Origin: Vicugna vicugna
Taxonomy: Eukaryota
Assembly: GCA_013265495.1 (NCBI GenBank)
Contig: MU057560.1
Location: forward strand, 2,728,909 to 2,792,908
Length of the DNA stretch: 64,000 nt
Direction: 5' to 3'
A model generated the notes under the pieces. That model saw only the letters and a list, made by a program, of their open reading frames with translations, was not told the origin of the DNA and did no database searches. Of this stretch, positions 34,801 to 47,830 are shown piece after piece (the first letter of the stretch is position 1; every line of letters begins with the position of its first letter). Position numbers and translations under genes: made by a program.

Positions 34801-37800
34801 ATCTGACAAGACACCCTCTTCGTATTTGTGTCTTGACTGCTGGCGAGCACAGAGGCCACAGCTGAGATTTATTTTCTCCGTCGTGGTTTCCAGTCGTTAA
34901 CGTGTTTGCTTTCAGGCGTGTGTAACAGAATCTGCACTTCCCAGGTCTTCAGTAGCCAAGGAAACGGGAGGAATTCGAGGTCCATCTGGGGCAGAGCAAG
35001 GCTTTTATCTTTTCATTGACCTTGGAGATGGATTACAAGAATCACATCACTCCGAGGTCTGCCCACTGCGCCCCACAACGTGACCAGCTCATTGGCAAGA
35101 AAGCTTCCCTCTCATTTCCTTAGGCTCCTACCATTGACACCCCCCCCCCACAAACAATGATCCAGGAGAACTGGGCATCTGGCCACCGCAGTCCCAGAAG
35201 AATGAAAGTCTGGAACAAGACGGATGGGCAGGGATTTGTGGAACCTGGGATTTCCTGTCCTGATGGAGCCCAGTCCAGGCACATGGGGGCTGCTTCTCTA
35301 GGTCATTTAGAACAGCAGGAAACGTGAGCCCCTTAGAGGAATTCAGCTCTGTAGTGCTCCTGAGTGACTCCAGCCTGCGGGGTGTGTGCCTCTGGTGAGC
35401 ACTTCCGAGCTCCCTCCCAGGCTGACTGGGTGCTGGACGTGTGGACCCCTACCCCCACAGGACTGCACCCCACCCCGTGTCCAAGTGGAATCTTCTTTAG
35501 AGCCTTGAACATGGGAGCTCTGAGTCATGCTCTCTTGTGGAGCCGTCAGTTTTGCAATGAAATTTTGGTAATACTAAGGAATACTAAGGTAATACTAAGG
35601 AATATTTTGTGTTTAGTTTATACATAAGTATGTGTTTTGACATAGGACGTGTGCGTGTGTGCACAGACGCACAATTCTTACCAGTAAATAGAACGTTTGT
35701 TTTGACTGCATAGGCTCTATTCAAAGATGGTTAGGCTTGCAATTAAATGTCAATATCCCAGTCTCTAGAGGACATTTTGAACTGAACTTTGATATTTTCA
35801 TGTGGACAGAAGCAAAGTGTATAATACAAATATTATACACATATGATACCTAGACGGATGAGTTGGGAACTTATTTTAGAATGCTCTCGAGTTGACTGCA
35901 GAAAATTAGGAGTAAAAACAAAGAATGTACTCAGGATATTGGAGCTGGGGCAGGGGTCTGTGGGGAATGTTGCTTGGAAAGACAGGTTGCCAGGGAGCCA
36001 GCAGCTCTGTCCGGAGCAGGTGCACCTGCGTTGACTTGAGCGCCCGGCGAGCCGGTAGTTACTGGCGGGGCCGTGCTTCAATTGGTTCTCAGGTACTCAG
36101 CTCCCTCCCTTTCGAAGTTATTTTTATTCCCCGGAGCATGTCCCCTCTGCCTGTTCCTTTTCACGGGGCCAAGCTGGCTTCCTCTCTCTGCGGTCCATCA
36201 ATACAGAGCTGATTTGGAGCTGAGCTGTGTCATAATCAGCCTTTCAGCAGCCAGCCCCACGCTTGCCTTGTAATTAAGGCCTGATGGGTGTGTTGACGGC
36301 AAATGAAAGAAAATGGCTTTGTTCTCCGTCCGCGGGCTTGATTGCAGTTCTCGCTCTCACCTGAATTCGACCCGCTCCGCGTTGGGCCTGATTGCTGCGG
36401 CGCCAGTAATGGCCGTCCTGGACGGTGACATTTCCATGAAGCGCGCTGGGCACGGCTCCAGAGGGAACGGGCAGGATTGATGGCGGGGCGAGCTCATCAA
36501 ACGTGGATTTAGGAAATGCCTGTGAGAGAGGGGAGCCCGCGACCAAATACCAGAGCTTTTCCTCTGACATTTGCTTTGACATGAAGGACTTGTGCCTGCA
36601 ACCTGTTCTGCCTTCTGTCTCTGTCCAGAAACACGGTAGATTCTGTGATTAGGGGTTTGCTCTCTGGGGGCATTAAGGCCAAGTCTGGGTAATACCTTTA
36701 AAAAAAATCTTCCTTCCTTGTTTCTCAAAAGAGGGAGGATCGGGAGCAAATAAAAATAAATTCAATAGAAGGGGACTTTCCAGACAGGAAAAGACACACT
36801 TTGTTTTGTCTATCAGGTGCATCGCTTAAAATGTGTGCATAACTTTAAACTAACTTAGCCAAGTGCCACTGTGCGGATTAGAGCTCGCTGTGGAGAGGGG
36901 TGCTTCAGCTGCAGCCCTCCGCAGTCTCGGGCTGGCAGGGCCACAGAGGCCACCCAGCTGAGCCTGGTATTTAAGCATGATCAGAGTTGCCCCTGGACTG
37001 GAGCTTTGTCCAAGGTCATAAAGTTCGCGAGGAACAGAGCCAGAGCAGATCAGGGAGTGTGAGGATCCTCCATGTCACGTCTTCCAGACGCCGGCTGACT
37101 CCAGCATCACCTGCATCCCTGTGCCGCGTAGATAGTCATCCCAGGTGCGGTTCAGCGTTTCCTAGCATGTGTGCCATACCTGCTGGGCCCACATTCCATC
37201 ACTGCTGTTGTCACATGCACAGTCAGGCAGCCCTTCATCTCCCAGTGGCTCGCTGTGAGCACACGTCACCGTGGATGCGCTGAGCACACGGTGGAAGGGA
37301 CTTAACGTCCTGAGACCTGGGTCAGAGCCTGCTGTGTGGCCTTGGATGGGTCACTTGTCTGTCCTCACTTTCAATTTTTTTTCCACCACAAAGAAATTTT
37401 AAGTGTATGACGGTACAAACTGGTTGTCGTTTCTTTAACTTTTTTCATTTTTATACAAATACACTCAAAAGGTTGACACGTGTCCATTGGGTTTTACTGT
37501 ACAAATGGGCATTAAAAATGGCTGCGTGACGTGTAAGACAAGGTTCTTCACAAGCTTATTTACCAACAAATAGGTTGACATACCAGTGTGCCTCTGACGT
37601 GACTGCTGTGACTGCACACACCCTCCCTTGCTTCCACACCGGTGACCTGGAGGCGCAGTCCACAGGGCACACACTAACACACGGCAAACGGTTGTGAGGC
37701 AGACCAAAGTGGATCCCTGCTCAGGGACGCCAATTTCAGAGGAGCCAGAGGATGCTGTGATGAGGCTCCTCAGAGCCCACGTCCCCCCTTGCCCTGCCCC

Positions 37801-38951
37801 GACCACCCGCTGTGCCTCCGTGGCTCCAGGACAGGTGCACACGGGTCCCCCCCAGAACCCCGACCCGGCTGGGCCAGGCGAATCCTCCCTCGGGAGGAAG
37901 CCGGTCGCTCAGGCCTGCCGTGCCTCACGCCCCGCCTGTGTGCTCAGCGAACGCCCTCCTCGTTGTTCCCGTGAGAGCCACGGAGGCTGGCTGCTTCTGT
38001 GCGGCTGCTTTTCTGTTGGATTTACCTACGAGCCAATAGAAGAATGAAGCAAATCACCTTACTAGCACCTGCCTGTTCTTCCCCTTAGAGTAGTTTCGGA
38101 TTATTTTAAGTAAATCACCTAGACATTCAAATGCGGGCGGAACGGCTGTTTTTGCCAAGTTGTTTTGGTGGAAAGGTCTTTGCTGTGGGCGGGCTTTACC
38201 TCATTCGAGTTGGAGATCTTTTTATCGACTAGTGAAGAGCGAGGTGGAGGTCCGTTTGCGCTACAGGTACTGATGCTAACTTGTAACTGGAAGTTTACAG
38301 TGTCTCAGAACTGGAATGTACGAGTTTAATTGCTCCCTGTAGAATTGTATGGCAATCTGTTCATTGTAGATTTTGCTTCTGTGATATTGATGCAAATGTC
38401 CTGTGAGATGTGAAAAGGAGAGACCTGAGGCTCCTCAAGGACTAAGAGGAAGGGAGGGGGCGGTGGGCAGGTCCCGTGACGAGCGCGATGGGGCTCCAGC
38501 TGTGAATGCGACCCTCAGACAGGCTCGCGGGACTTGCCCCACGTCTGTCCGTCAGGATTCATACTTCTCGGGCGTTGTGCTACCTTGGCTTCAAAGGCTG
38601 ATGGGAAATTCCTCTCCAGGAAGGAAAGTGGGGTTCAGGTTCAGGGAGGCCTGGCTCATCCCTCCCACGGTGGCACCAGTCACATGAATACATTTGCACA
38701 CAATACAATTTATTCTGAGTCATTCACGTTGTACAGAGCTTTTAAAATACGAAGAAGTTTTAAAAAGGCATAAAGAACCGAACAACTAGTAAATTTTAAT
38801 GAAGTAATTCCTGGGTATGATAGAAACTCTGCGTGTTCAAAATGCCCGAATCCCCCCCCCCCAACTCACCTTCAGTCCCTCTGCGATCATTATTTTCTGA
38901 AGTCATACGTTTTATAAGGAGCCTTATAAGGGTGACATGCTCACTGGCCAC

Positions 38952-39201
38952 TGCTATGGCCTGAATGTCCCCCAAGTGCATCTATTGAAACTGCAACCCC
39001 CTGTGTGGTAGCATTTGGAGATGAGCCCTTGAGGGGTGATGGGGTCAGGAGGGTGGGGCCCTTGTGTCGGGATTACTGCCCTGACAACAACACAGGAGCA
39101 CTCGCTTCCTCCTGCTCCCCTCTGCATGCGGATCCACCGAGAGGACAGCCATTCAGCCCACAGTGGGATTTTTGTCACAGCGGCCTGAGCTGACTGAGAC
39201 A
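38952..39201 (+). mobile_element. MLT1A-like MaLR LTR with internal deletion
   Basis: Starts 'tgctatggcctgaatgtccccc', ends 'tttttgtcacagcggcctgagctgactgagaca'. Confidence 0.75.
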
Positions 39202-39269
39202 GAAATGGATACAAAATGCTTATTGGATGCCTGTAAGACAGTTTCCGGGAAAGCTGACTGGATGGCAGG

Positions 39270-39445
39270 GACCCCTAAATGCTGCAGCTGTGCTGTCTCA
39301 CGTGATCCTTCTTGTGGCCCTTCTAAGGCAAATGCAATCACCAGCACCATTCCCATTTCACAGATGACAAAATGCAAAGTCACCAGGTGGTGACAGGCAG
39401 GCTGTGACCCGTGTGTCCGTCGCTAGGCCTCTCACTGCAGTGCTG
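39270..39445 (-). mobile_element. MIR SINE
   Basis: 'attcccatttcacagatgacaaaatg...aaagtcaccaggtggt'. Confidence 0.6.
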
Positions 39446-40560
39446 AGCCATGCCATCTCCCTCGGGCTCCCTCTGGCATCCCGTGGACCTCAGGTGCGGG
39501 GCTGCGTGGTGAGGACTTGCCCTCTGAGTCAGGCTGGGAGTCCTGTGATCACAGCTGCGGGGGAGGGGTGGGCTATGTCATCACAAGGAGAGAGCCCAGC
39601 CTCCCGCCAGCGGCTGAGGAAGCCCCGCAGGGCCTGGTGGGCGGCCCGGTCCCGGCACGGCTCACATCTGCATGGTGGGTGGGGTGCGGGCAGCAGCCCC
39701 GTGTCTCGCTGCCTGGAGGAGGTGAGCCCGGGTCTGCACCCAGGAGGTCGGGTAAATTGGAGTGTCTGGAGATTCCCTGTTTGTAAAAGTATTCTTCCAG
39801 ACAACTTCAAATTTTTTAAGTTAAAAGACATACTACTTTGCCACCTAGACTCTCCATTTAAAAATGAATAATTTCAAACGTGCCTTTTCGTAAAAATAAA
39901 CACCAGCGGGGTGGAGTCCCGTTTCCTCCTGCCCTCCGTCAGCACGCTGCTCGCTTTCATCATCTGCTCGCTCTCACTGTCTCGGCTTCTGTTCTGTGCT
40001 CGACTCGCCATGTCTTTTGAGCACTTACGTGTGTTTCCTCTGCAAATGTATCTATCGCTTTGTTTACCGTTATTAGTAATTTTATATTTGATGGTATCAA
40101 AACACAGTGACTTATGGGGTCCTCCTGTAGGTGGGTAACAGCAGTGTTTTCCAAGTTTTCAAAATGTGAACACGTTTAGCTCGACCAATATTGTTCAGAT
40201 TGTTTCCTTCCCTCCCTCCCTCTCTCCTTCCTGCCTTCCTCATTTCCTTCTTTTCCATTTCTTTCCTCTTACCCCAAAAAGCGAAATTATTCAGCAAAGA
40301 TATAACATCCATAGACATTTTTAAATTGAAATTTATAAAAAAAGGAGTCTCGTTCCTCAGTGTGCGCCTCCCCAGTCCCCAGATGAGCGGCTGTGAGTTC
40401 CAGGGACCGGGGAGCACCCCCAGCCCTGGGCACTCCTCTGGGAAGACGCAGCACGTCCACTCTGCCGTCTGTCAAGAGCGAGGTGCACGATGCCGGCCCC
40501 TCAGGGTCAGAGTTCCCAGCTGGAACGTGCAGCCGTGGTTCAGGTTGAACTGATGATGTA

Positions 40561-40734
40561 TTTATTTATTCATTTTTAAAATTTCTTTTCCATTTATTTT
40601 TTTCTTCCTATTTTTTGGTGGGAGGAGGTAATTAGGTTTATTTATTTATTCTTAGAGGAGGTACTGAGGATTGAATTCAGGACTCCACGCATTTTTAAGC
40701 ATGCGCTTTACCACGTGAACTACACCCTCCCCCC
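40561..40734 (-). mobile_element. tRNA-Ala-derived camelid SINE (Vic-1 type)
   Basis: Minus strand reads ggggggagggtgtagttcacgtggtaaagcgcatgctt...gtcctgaattcaatcctcagtacctcc (tRNA-Ala-like A/B boxes), then aataaataaataaacctaattacctcc and an A-rich tail. Diverged TSD gaactgatgatgta (40547-40560) / gaactaacgacgtg (40735-40748). Confidence 0.85.
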
Positions 40735-41039
40735 GAACTAACGACGTGTGTAAGTCACGCTCTGCAGTCGTAACCTGTGACGGACGGTGACTCGCGTGCC
40801 TCCTGAGAGGGGCGTGCTGCTGCGGTTCTGGCTTCTACCCAGGACCCCTGGCACATTTTACAGAGCTCAGTGAGCAACTAATAGCGTCCTTCAGTCCACG
40901 GAGACACCGGGAGTGAGGGGGGCGACGGCGAGTGGGCGCACACGCCTGCAGCATGTCATCTCCCTGACACACGCGCTCACTCCCGAGACAGGCAGCAGGT
41001 CCGGGTGGGTTTGTGCTCCGTCCACGCCTTCCAGGACAC

Positions 41040-41366
41040 AGGTGGTTGCTTTGTTCCCCCCCGCCCCAGTTCACGGGTTGAAATCCTAACCCCCGAGGTG
41101 ATGGCATCACCTTTGGAAGGTGATGAGGTCATGAGCATGTAGCCTTTATAATGGGATTGAAGTGCCCCGATGAGCGACCCCAGAGAGCTCCCGGCCCCTT
41201 CCGTCCCGCAAGGACACGGGGAAGAGTCTGCAAGTAGAGACGCCCTCACCCAGTGCTGCACCCCGATCCCAGCCTTCCGGCCTCCGGGGCGTGGGAAATA
41301 AGCCTCAGGTGTTGGTAGCCTCCCCGCCCCTTACGGTGTTTTGTTACAGCAGCTCAGACTAAGACA
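41040..41366 (+). mobile_element. MLT1A0-like MaLR LTR
   Basis: 'gttgaaatcctaacccccgaggtgatgg...gaccccagagagctc...ggtgttttgttacagcagctcagactaagaca'. Confidence 0.8.
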
Positions 41367-43378
41367 GATGGCTTGTGTTTTCCCAGCTGATCAGGAGACG
41401 GCTCAGGCGTATGCAATACGTGCCGAGTGCTTGCTGTATAAACATGAGGAGGTCACAGGATAGTAACTGTCTCCGGTGTCACCACAAGCCCGGTCTATAC
41501 TTATTTCTGTTGTCATTAAAATTCATTCGCTTCACAAATCCCCTCTCTTCTGACCGCTGGTGATTCACAGATGAACGACGGGATCCCTGCCTTCAGGGAA
41601 CATACCGTCTTTTATAACAGGAACAACAGCTCTCGCTGACTGAAGTCCACCGTCCTCACCTGAGAAATGGACAGAATCTACGTGTTTGTGCGTGAAGCGC
41701 TTCTGACTTTGAGTTGGGACACGCGTGTCAGACACTATGACGACAAGAGCTGTTGTGGCTGTCGAGCAGACTTGTGACGGAGCAGTGGTCTGACGTGATG
41801 GAAGCCAAGGTCAGGGATCTTTGCACACGGCGGGAGGAGGCGCAGGATGGAGGAGGAGCTGGGGGTGACTGGGATGTGGAGCCGGGGGTTCTGAGGAGAC
41901 AAGCCGAGGTGGGCTGATGTCTGGGAGCCCATGGCTGGGGGTTACGGGGGCTTGGCCTCTTGGGTAGATTTGATTTCAGTGCCACCTCCAGTTTCCCTGG
42001 TGGGCAGCAGACACAAGCCTGAAAACCTTGGGGGACGGATGTAACCCGTGCTGGGGCGAAATCCTCCAGCGGCCTGCGGGGCTGTGCACATGAGGGCTCG
42101 GTCCCAGTTTCCCGAATTCACTCCCGAGGCCTCCTGACAAGTGACACTGAGGGATGTGAAGCCTGCTCTGTGGTGGAGCTGGTCCCTGCGTACCTGCCGC
42201 ACAAACAGCTTGTCCGGGTGCCCTGAACACTAAGCCTGCATTGCTGATAAAGATTAACAGAAACACATTCTTAGATTTCCCTAAGACAGTTTCTGTGAGT
42301 GGGGGCCTGTCCTGGACCCCCGACTATTCCCATGTAATTCTGGGCTGATAACTCAGCTTATAGATTTCAGGGTCCCTTCCGAAAATGGAGGGGCTAAGTG
42401 ATCAACAAGGCTACGTTCAGTTGTGTCCGGTGAGGCCAAGAGCTGTTGTACCTTTGGCGATAAATTCACGGTCCCCACGAGTGGCCTCAGGCTCGCAGCT
42501 GACCTGCGTGGTGGCCGAGGCTGCAGGGGTCCCCCTGGCCCCGCCCTGGGGCCCGGGCACCGCGGTCAGAGCAGCCCCTCCTTCCTGACACAGCCCTGAC
42601 GGCCTTTGTTTTAACTGTCTCCGTGTTTAATTGCTTTTCTGTATTATGTTGCTTAATCTGGAAGAATTCCCCTAATGGGCTAGAATGATCTAATTGGACT
42701 AAATGTGATTTGCTTGTGGCCTTGTTTATTGGTGCAGAAACAGCCAGAGATGTGTGCTGCGAGGGGCGAGCAGGCTGGGTTTGCGGAGGGTGCAAGTTGC
42801 TTGTAGTTACTGTGTGACTTTGGAAGCATAATTTTTTAACTTGAGTCTGTGCATCATTTTACAGCAATTGATACATAACTTTTGAAAATCATAATTGCTG
42901 AAATAATTATCATTTTCTTCTAGTTTTTGGTTACATAAAATGTATCAGTTTGCTTTGGCAGCAAAGCATTAAACAGAATTACTCAAGTCAAAAGGTGAAA
43001 GTCCTTCTTAGTCCTCAAAGTCCACTGCTTTTCCCGAAGATAATCCCTGTTATCCATTGGGGCTGTGCCCACTCTGAATGCTCGTCCATGCTGTGACCAG
43101 TGTCCACATGTGAACGTACCACATGTGTCCATGTGGGAACGTAAAGTCTGTAACCAGGCCCTTGACTCGCACTGTTGTGCGTGGATGGGGTGAGCCGCAC
43201 CTGCTGCTCTGAGACAGCTCCTGTATCACTTTGCTCTGCCTTGTGGTGGCCCTGGCCCGTCAACACACACAGGCCAGCCTCAGTTGTCTATGACAGTGAT
43301 CTAACCGGTCCACCACCGATGGGTTTTCATTTTTGACTATACACAATACAGCATCGAACTGCATCTCTGTGTGCATGG

Positions 43379-43772
43379 GACCGGAACGTGTCTGGGGGAC
43401 ACCAGGAGCGGGGGTGGTCAGGCTGGAGCCTGCGTGACCGAACGTGCCTGGGGGACACCAGGAGCGGGGGTGGTCAGGCTGGAGCCTGCGTGACCGAACG
43501 TGCCTGGGGGACACCAGGAGCGGGGGTGGTCAGGCTGGAGCCTGCGTGACCAGAACGTGCCTGGGGGACACCAGGAGTGGGGGTGGTTAGGCTGGAGCCT
43601 GCGTGACCGAACGTGTCTGGGGGACACCAGGAGCGGGGGTGGTCAGGCTGGAGCCTGCGTGAACGAATGTGCCTGGGGGACACCAGGAGCGGGGGTGGTC
43701 AGGCTGGAGCCTGCGTGACCAAACGTGCCTGGGGGACACCAGGAGCGGGGGTGGTCAGGCTGGAGCCTGCGT
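43379..43772. repeat. 56-bp GC-rich minisatellite, 7 copies
   Basis: Units start at 43379, 43436, 43492, 43548, 43605, 43661 and 43717; consensus gaccgaacgtgcctgggggacaccaggagcgggggtggtcaggctggagcctgcgt. Confidence 0.95.
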
Positions 43773-45413
43773 GTCTGAAGCTCATCACACTGCCCGGCTC
43801 CTCACAAGCCGGCAGGGTCGGCTCCCCTGCCCGTCACCGCGGCAGGCTGCAGCCTCCAGGTCCTCTCCCCTGGTTGGGGTCCTGCCAGCTCTCCCTGCAA
43901 GCCACCGTGGGGAACATGGTTAGTTTTGAGAACCACGAACTGCCCGCTGTAGCTCTTGGTCCAGGCTTGGGGTGGCCAGCGACAGGAGGAGGCTGCGGCC
44001 TGCAGCACGCGGGCGACGTGTTGTCTGCAAAGGCCCCAGACTGCAGCCGCGTTTTCTGGGGCACTTCCGCGTTGCCCGGGAAGCGGCTGGGATCGACGGC
44101 CCCTGGCCGAGAGGTTCAGCTGAAGGCCGCGCTCTGCGGGGAGATACCGCGCGGCAGATCTCGGAGGAACGCGAGCCTGGGAAGTCCGGGTCCGGGGCGG
44201 AGAGCGGACCTTCTTAACTGTCAGAAATGCACCCCAGCCCTCTGGGCGATGGAAGTCGTCGGAGCAACGTGTGTGGGTTAGACGCGAGCCGCACACACGA
44301 GAAACCTGTGTGTGTGGAAAATGAAGAGTGGCCTCAACGTCTGCACCCTCTCTGCCGACTTGGGTCATTTCTTCTGAGGCGTCCTCACTCATCCTCTTCC
44401 CTTAGTACACGTTTCCTCTTCATCTTCCTTGTCATCTCGGCCTCATGAAAGGCTCATTTCTCTTCACTCTGAAAAACCAGAAGTGGACGTCTTCTCGGCT
44501 CCCCAGCCAAGCAGGAGCCCAGTTATCCCCTCGTGAGCACGATCTGAGACGAAGCTCGCTTGCGGGGAGGGGCCCTGAAGGACCAGGGAAAGCCCTCTCT
44601 AGGGAAGCAGGAGAGAGGGACGGGGACCCCCTGCAGACACGCGACGCGTCATCCCTACCTGGTCTCTGAGCAGGGGACCCGGCGTCCACGCTGCCCATGG
44701 GGCACCGGTGGAGACCAGGTGAGGGCGAGGGCCGGGCCCCCCAGCATGGGGGCTGTGACACGCCATGGTGCATCCCTGAGGTGCCCGCCAAGCTGCGCAG
44801 AAACCTTCAGGAGCATCTCCCCATCCAGACAGCCCGGGGGCAGGGGGCAGAGAGCCGCACGGCCGGTCAGGGGCCTTGGATGCCGTCCGGGAGGCCCACC
44901 TGAGGCGCCCAGTCAGCTCCCCGGGGAGGGTCTCCTTCCAGCCGAGCGGGGCGGGGCTGTCTGGCTCTCGGGGCTCAGTGTTAGAAGTCTGAGGAAGAGG
45001 CACTGTCAAAACATCTCTCATCTTTTAGCCAATCTCCCGGAGAACTTTTAGGGGCGGAAAAAATAAGCCAGAAACACTGCCGCCGGCAGATGAGCCCACA
45101 GCAGTGACTCAGGCTGCCGGGAGGGCGCATGCCGGTGCCCTCTGAGCAGAGTTTAGTCAATCAGAAGTCCCTCTGACTGCAAGGCCCTCGGGAAAGCACT
45201 GACAGCGGGGAGGTGACGTCCACAGCTCCGCGTGCCAACGCGGGCCGGGCGGGTCACCAGGAGCCAGCCCTCCTGCCCTGGGGCCAGCGGGGCAGAGCGT
45301 GGAGCAGACAGACGACACTGCCCCCGTCTCCAGCGGGGTCCTGCCGGCCCCAGGAGCCCTTCTGGGAAAAAAAGGCATTCGTAGAGGAATTCCTAGTGTC
45401 ACTTAGCCCACAT

Positions 45414-46133
45414 TACCTGCACTGATGGTGGGAAGGGAGTTTGGTGCAGTCATTATGGAAAACTGGAGATGCCTCAAAAAACTAAACATAGACTTGCCAT
45501 ACAATCCGGAAATCCCAGTCCTGGGCATACATCCAGAGAAAACTAATTTGAAAAGATATGTTCACCCCAGTGTTTACAGCAGCACTATATACAGTAGACA
45601 AGACATGGAAGCCACCTAAATCTGTCCACCAGCAAGTGACCGGATAAAGGAGCTGTGGTATATTTATACAATGGAATACTACTCAGCCATAAAAAAGGAT
45701 GAAATAATGCCATCTGCAGCAACATGGATGGACCTGGAGATGGTCATTCTAAATGAAGTAAGTCAGACAGGACAAACATATGACATCACTTATATGTGGA
45801 ATCTAAAAGAAAATTATACAGATTCTATTTACAAACCAAAAACAGATTCACAGACATAGAAAATAAATTCTGGTTACCAAAGGGAAAATGGTGGGAAAAG
45901 ATAAACTAGGACTTTGGGATTAATAGACACTCTACTATACATGAAATAAATAAACAAGGACCTACTGTGTAGCACAGGGAATGATATTCAATTTCTTGTA
46001 ACAACTTCTAATGGAAGATTCTGAAAATACATGTGTGTGTATATGTATAACTGAATCACTTGGCTGTACACCTGAAACTAATGTCATAAATCAACTACAC
46101 TTCAATAAAAACTAAAATTAAAAAAAAATAAAA
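45414..46133 (+). mobile_element. 5'-truncated L1 (ORF2 C-terminus, 3'UTR, poly(A))
   Basis: ORFs 45425..45619 ('LKKLNIDLPYNPEIPVLGIHPEK') and 45671..45859 ('[32 protein letters not shown]'); AATAAA and an A-tail at ~46104-46133. Confidence 0.92.
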
Positions 46134-47073
46134 GCACACCTGGCATATAAACAAACACAGAGGAGAGCTGAGCGTTCACAAGGTGGTGGGGCACACTGCC
46201 CATGCACACCGCCGTGTACACTGCCGTGCACACCGCCCGTGCACACCACCCACTGGCGGGGAGCTCACCCTCAGCGCCACAGCACTGGGCGCTCTCGGCT
46301 TTTTGGTATTGGGAGCTAAAGGAAGTATCTCACATTTGTAGTCCAGCCCCATCATTGTCAGAGAACTGAACTTCAGAGAGGCTCATGACCCCAAAAATGT
46401 TCCCACCAGTGCTGCCTAGGGAGGGTCTCACTAATCTAGTAATAATGCATGAACTTGGGAGCCCATGTGTTTAATAATAGTTCGAGAAAAGAGTAGTTTT
46501 GGTTTTAAGCCACTATATTACGATTTCGAAATCAATCATGTCAAGTCTGTACGTAACCTCCTTAACAGAATCTGGAGGAGAAAGCAAGGTCGGGTTTCAG
46601 GGCTAAAACAACGGGGGCCGATGCAGTGACGCCACCTTCACCAGCCGTAGCTCCAGGCTGGCACCCTCGGGGGGTGCGCACACGCCTCCGTCTCGCAAGG
46701 GCTGGGCTCTGACTCCGAGCGTGGGGGGTCAGAGTGTGGGACCGAGGCTGTGGAAGGCAGTGGTGTCATCCCACTCTGAGTCTAGACGGTTTGTGGGAGC
46801 CGAGCCTGACGTGAGGATGAGTGGGGACATTTCCTCTGTCACGTAAGAGTTAAGTTTCCAAACCACACTGTCCGCAAGAGAATCCCCAGGGCTGAGAAGA
46901 GTTTCCAGCACGTGTGCGTATGCATGTGAGCGTGTGTGTGTCCGTGTGTGTGCGTGTTGAGTATTGGCAGACAGAAAATGGCCACAGAACATGCTGTCCT
47001 CAGGACTTTTCAGTCTCAGTGGCTGTGTTCTGCTCTAAATGAAACCATAAATCGTAATTTTTGTTGAAAGCAT

Positions 47074-47278
47074 GATAGATTAAAATTTGGAACTAGCAGA
47101 TAAAAACTGCTATATACGAAATAGATACCAGGGTCCTACTGTACAGCACAGGAAACTATAGTCAATAGCTTGAGATAACCTGCGATGAAAAAGAACATAG
47201 ATGTGTGACTGGATCACTGTGCTGTACACTGGAAACTAACACAACATGGTGGACCAACTCGACTTCAATGAAAAAAAG
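47074..47278 (+). mobile_element. L1 3'UTR tip
   Basis: 'gtcctactgtacagcacaggaaactatagtcaatagcttgagataacc...ctgtacactggaaactaacacaaca...cttcaatgaaaaaaa'. Confidence 0.8.
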
Positions 47279-47830
47279 CTACAAAGTAACTCCAAATGAG
47301 CGATCCTAGATGCAGATACACAAAAAGTGTACCCATTCTCATGCTACTTTTCAAACTTGATTTTTCGGGGTAAATGTAAAACCTTTCTAGCTCCGTGTGT
47401 GTACTTTTTGAATTGTTCCGTTCTTTATGTGTTTGGATCTTCTTAGGGAAAGTAATAAAATCTGTTACGGTTGCATTTCATAGGCTGCCTGTGTGTTTCA
47501 TAGGAAGCGGTGTGCTGTCTTACTTCAAATCCCGCTTGCAAAGCAGCCTGAGTGTTTCCTCTACTTCGAGGTTCCTTGCAGGAAGCGGGGGTGGAGTCTT
47601 TTAGAGGATTTACAGTAATGGGGGCTGTGGTTGTCCGTGCCACATGGAGCCCCTCGGGGTCTCTTCCTCTGCTGACACACTTCACTGCTGCCCATTAACA
47701 CTTCCTCTGCTGAGGCTCGGTTTAATGAGCGTCTCTGGACCTGGAGGTTTGCTCCAGAAACAAGAGCTTCGGCAGCTGAGACACCCGGCTCTCTCCACTG
47801 CCCGATGCTCTGGTTCAGCCTTTCTTTCTT

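Noticed and set aside
35567..35604. Short (aatactaagg)x3 repeat, and a 12-13-bp repeat at 46192-46250
   Set aside because: Ordinary slippage duplications with no further structure.
40655..40734. tRNA-Ala gene
   Set aside because: Disrupted anticodon arm, SINE-specific tail and TSD show it is a SINE head.
43379..43772. CRISPR-like or repeat-protein interpretation of the 56-bp array
   Set aside because: Head-to-tail units with no unique spacers, no cas genes and a mammalian context; unit length is not a multiple of 3.
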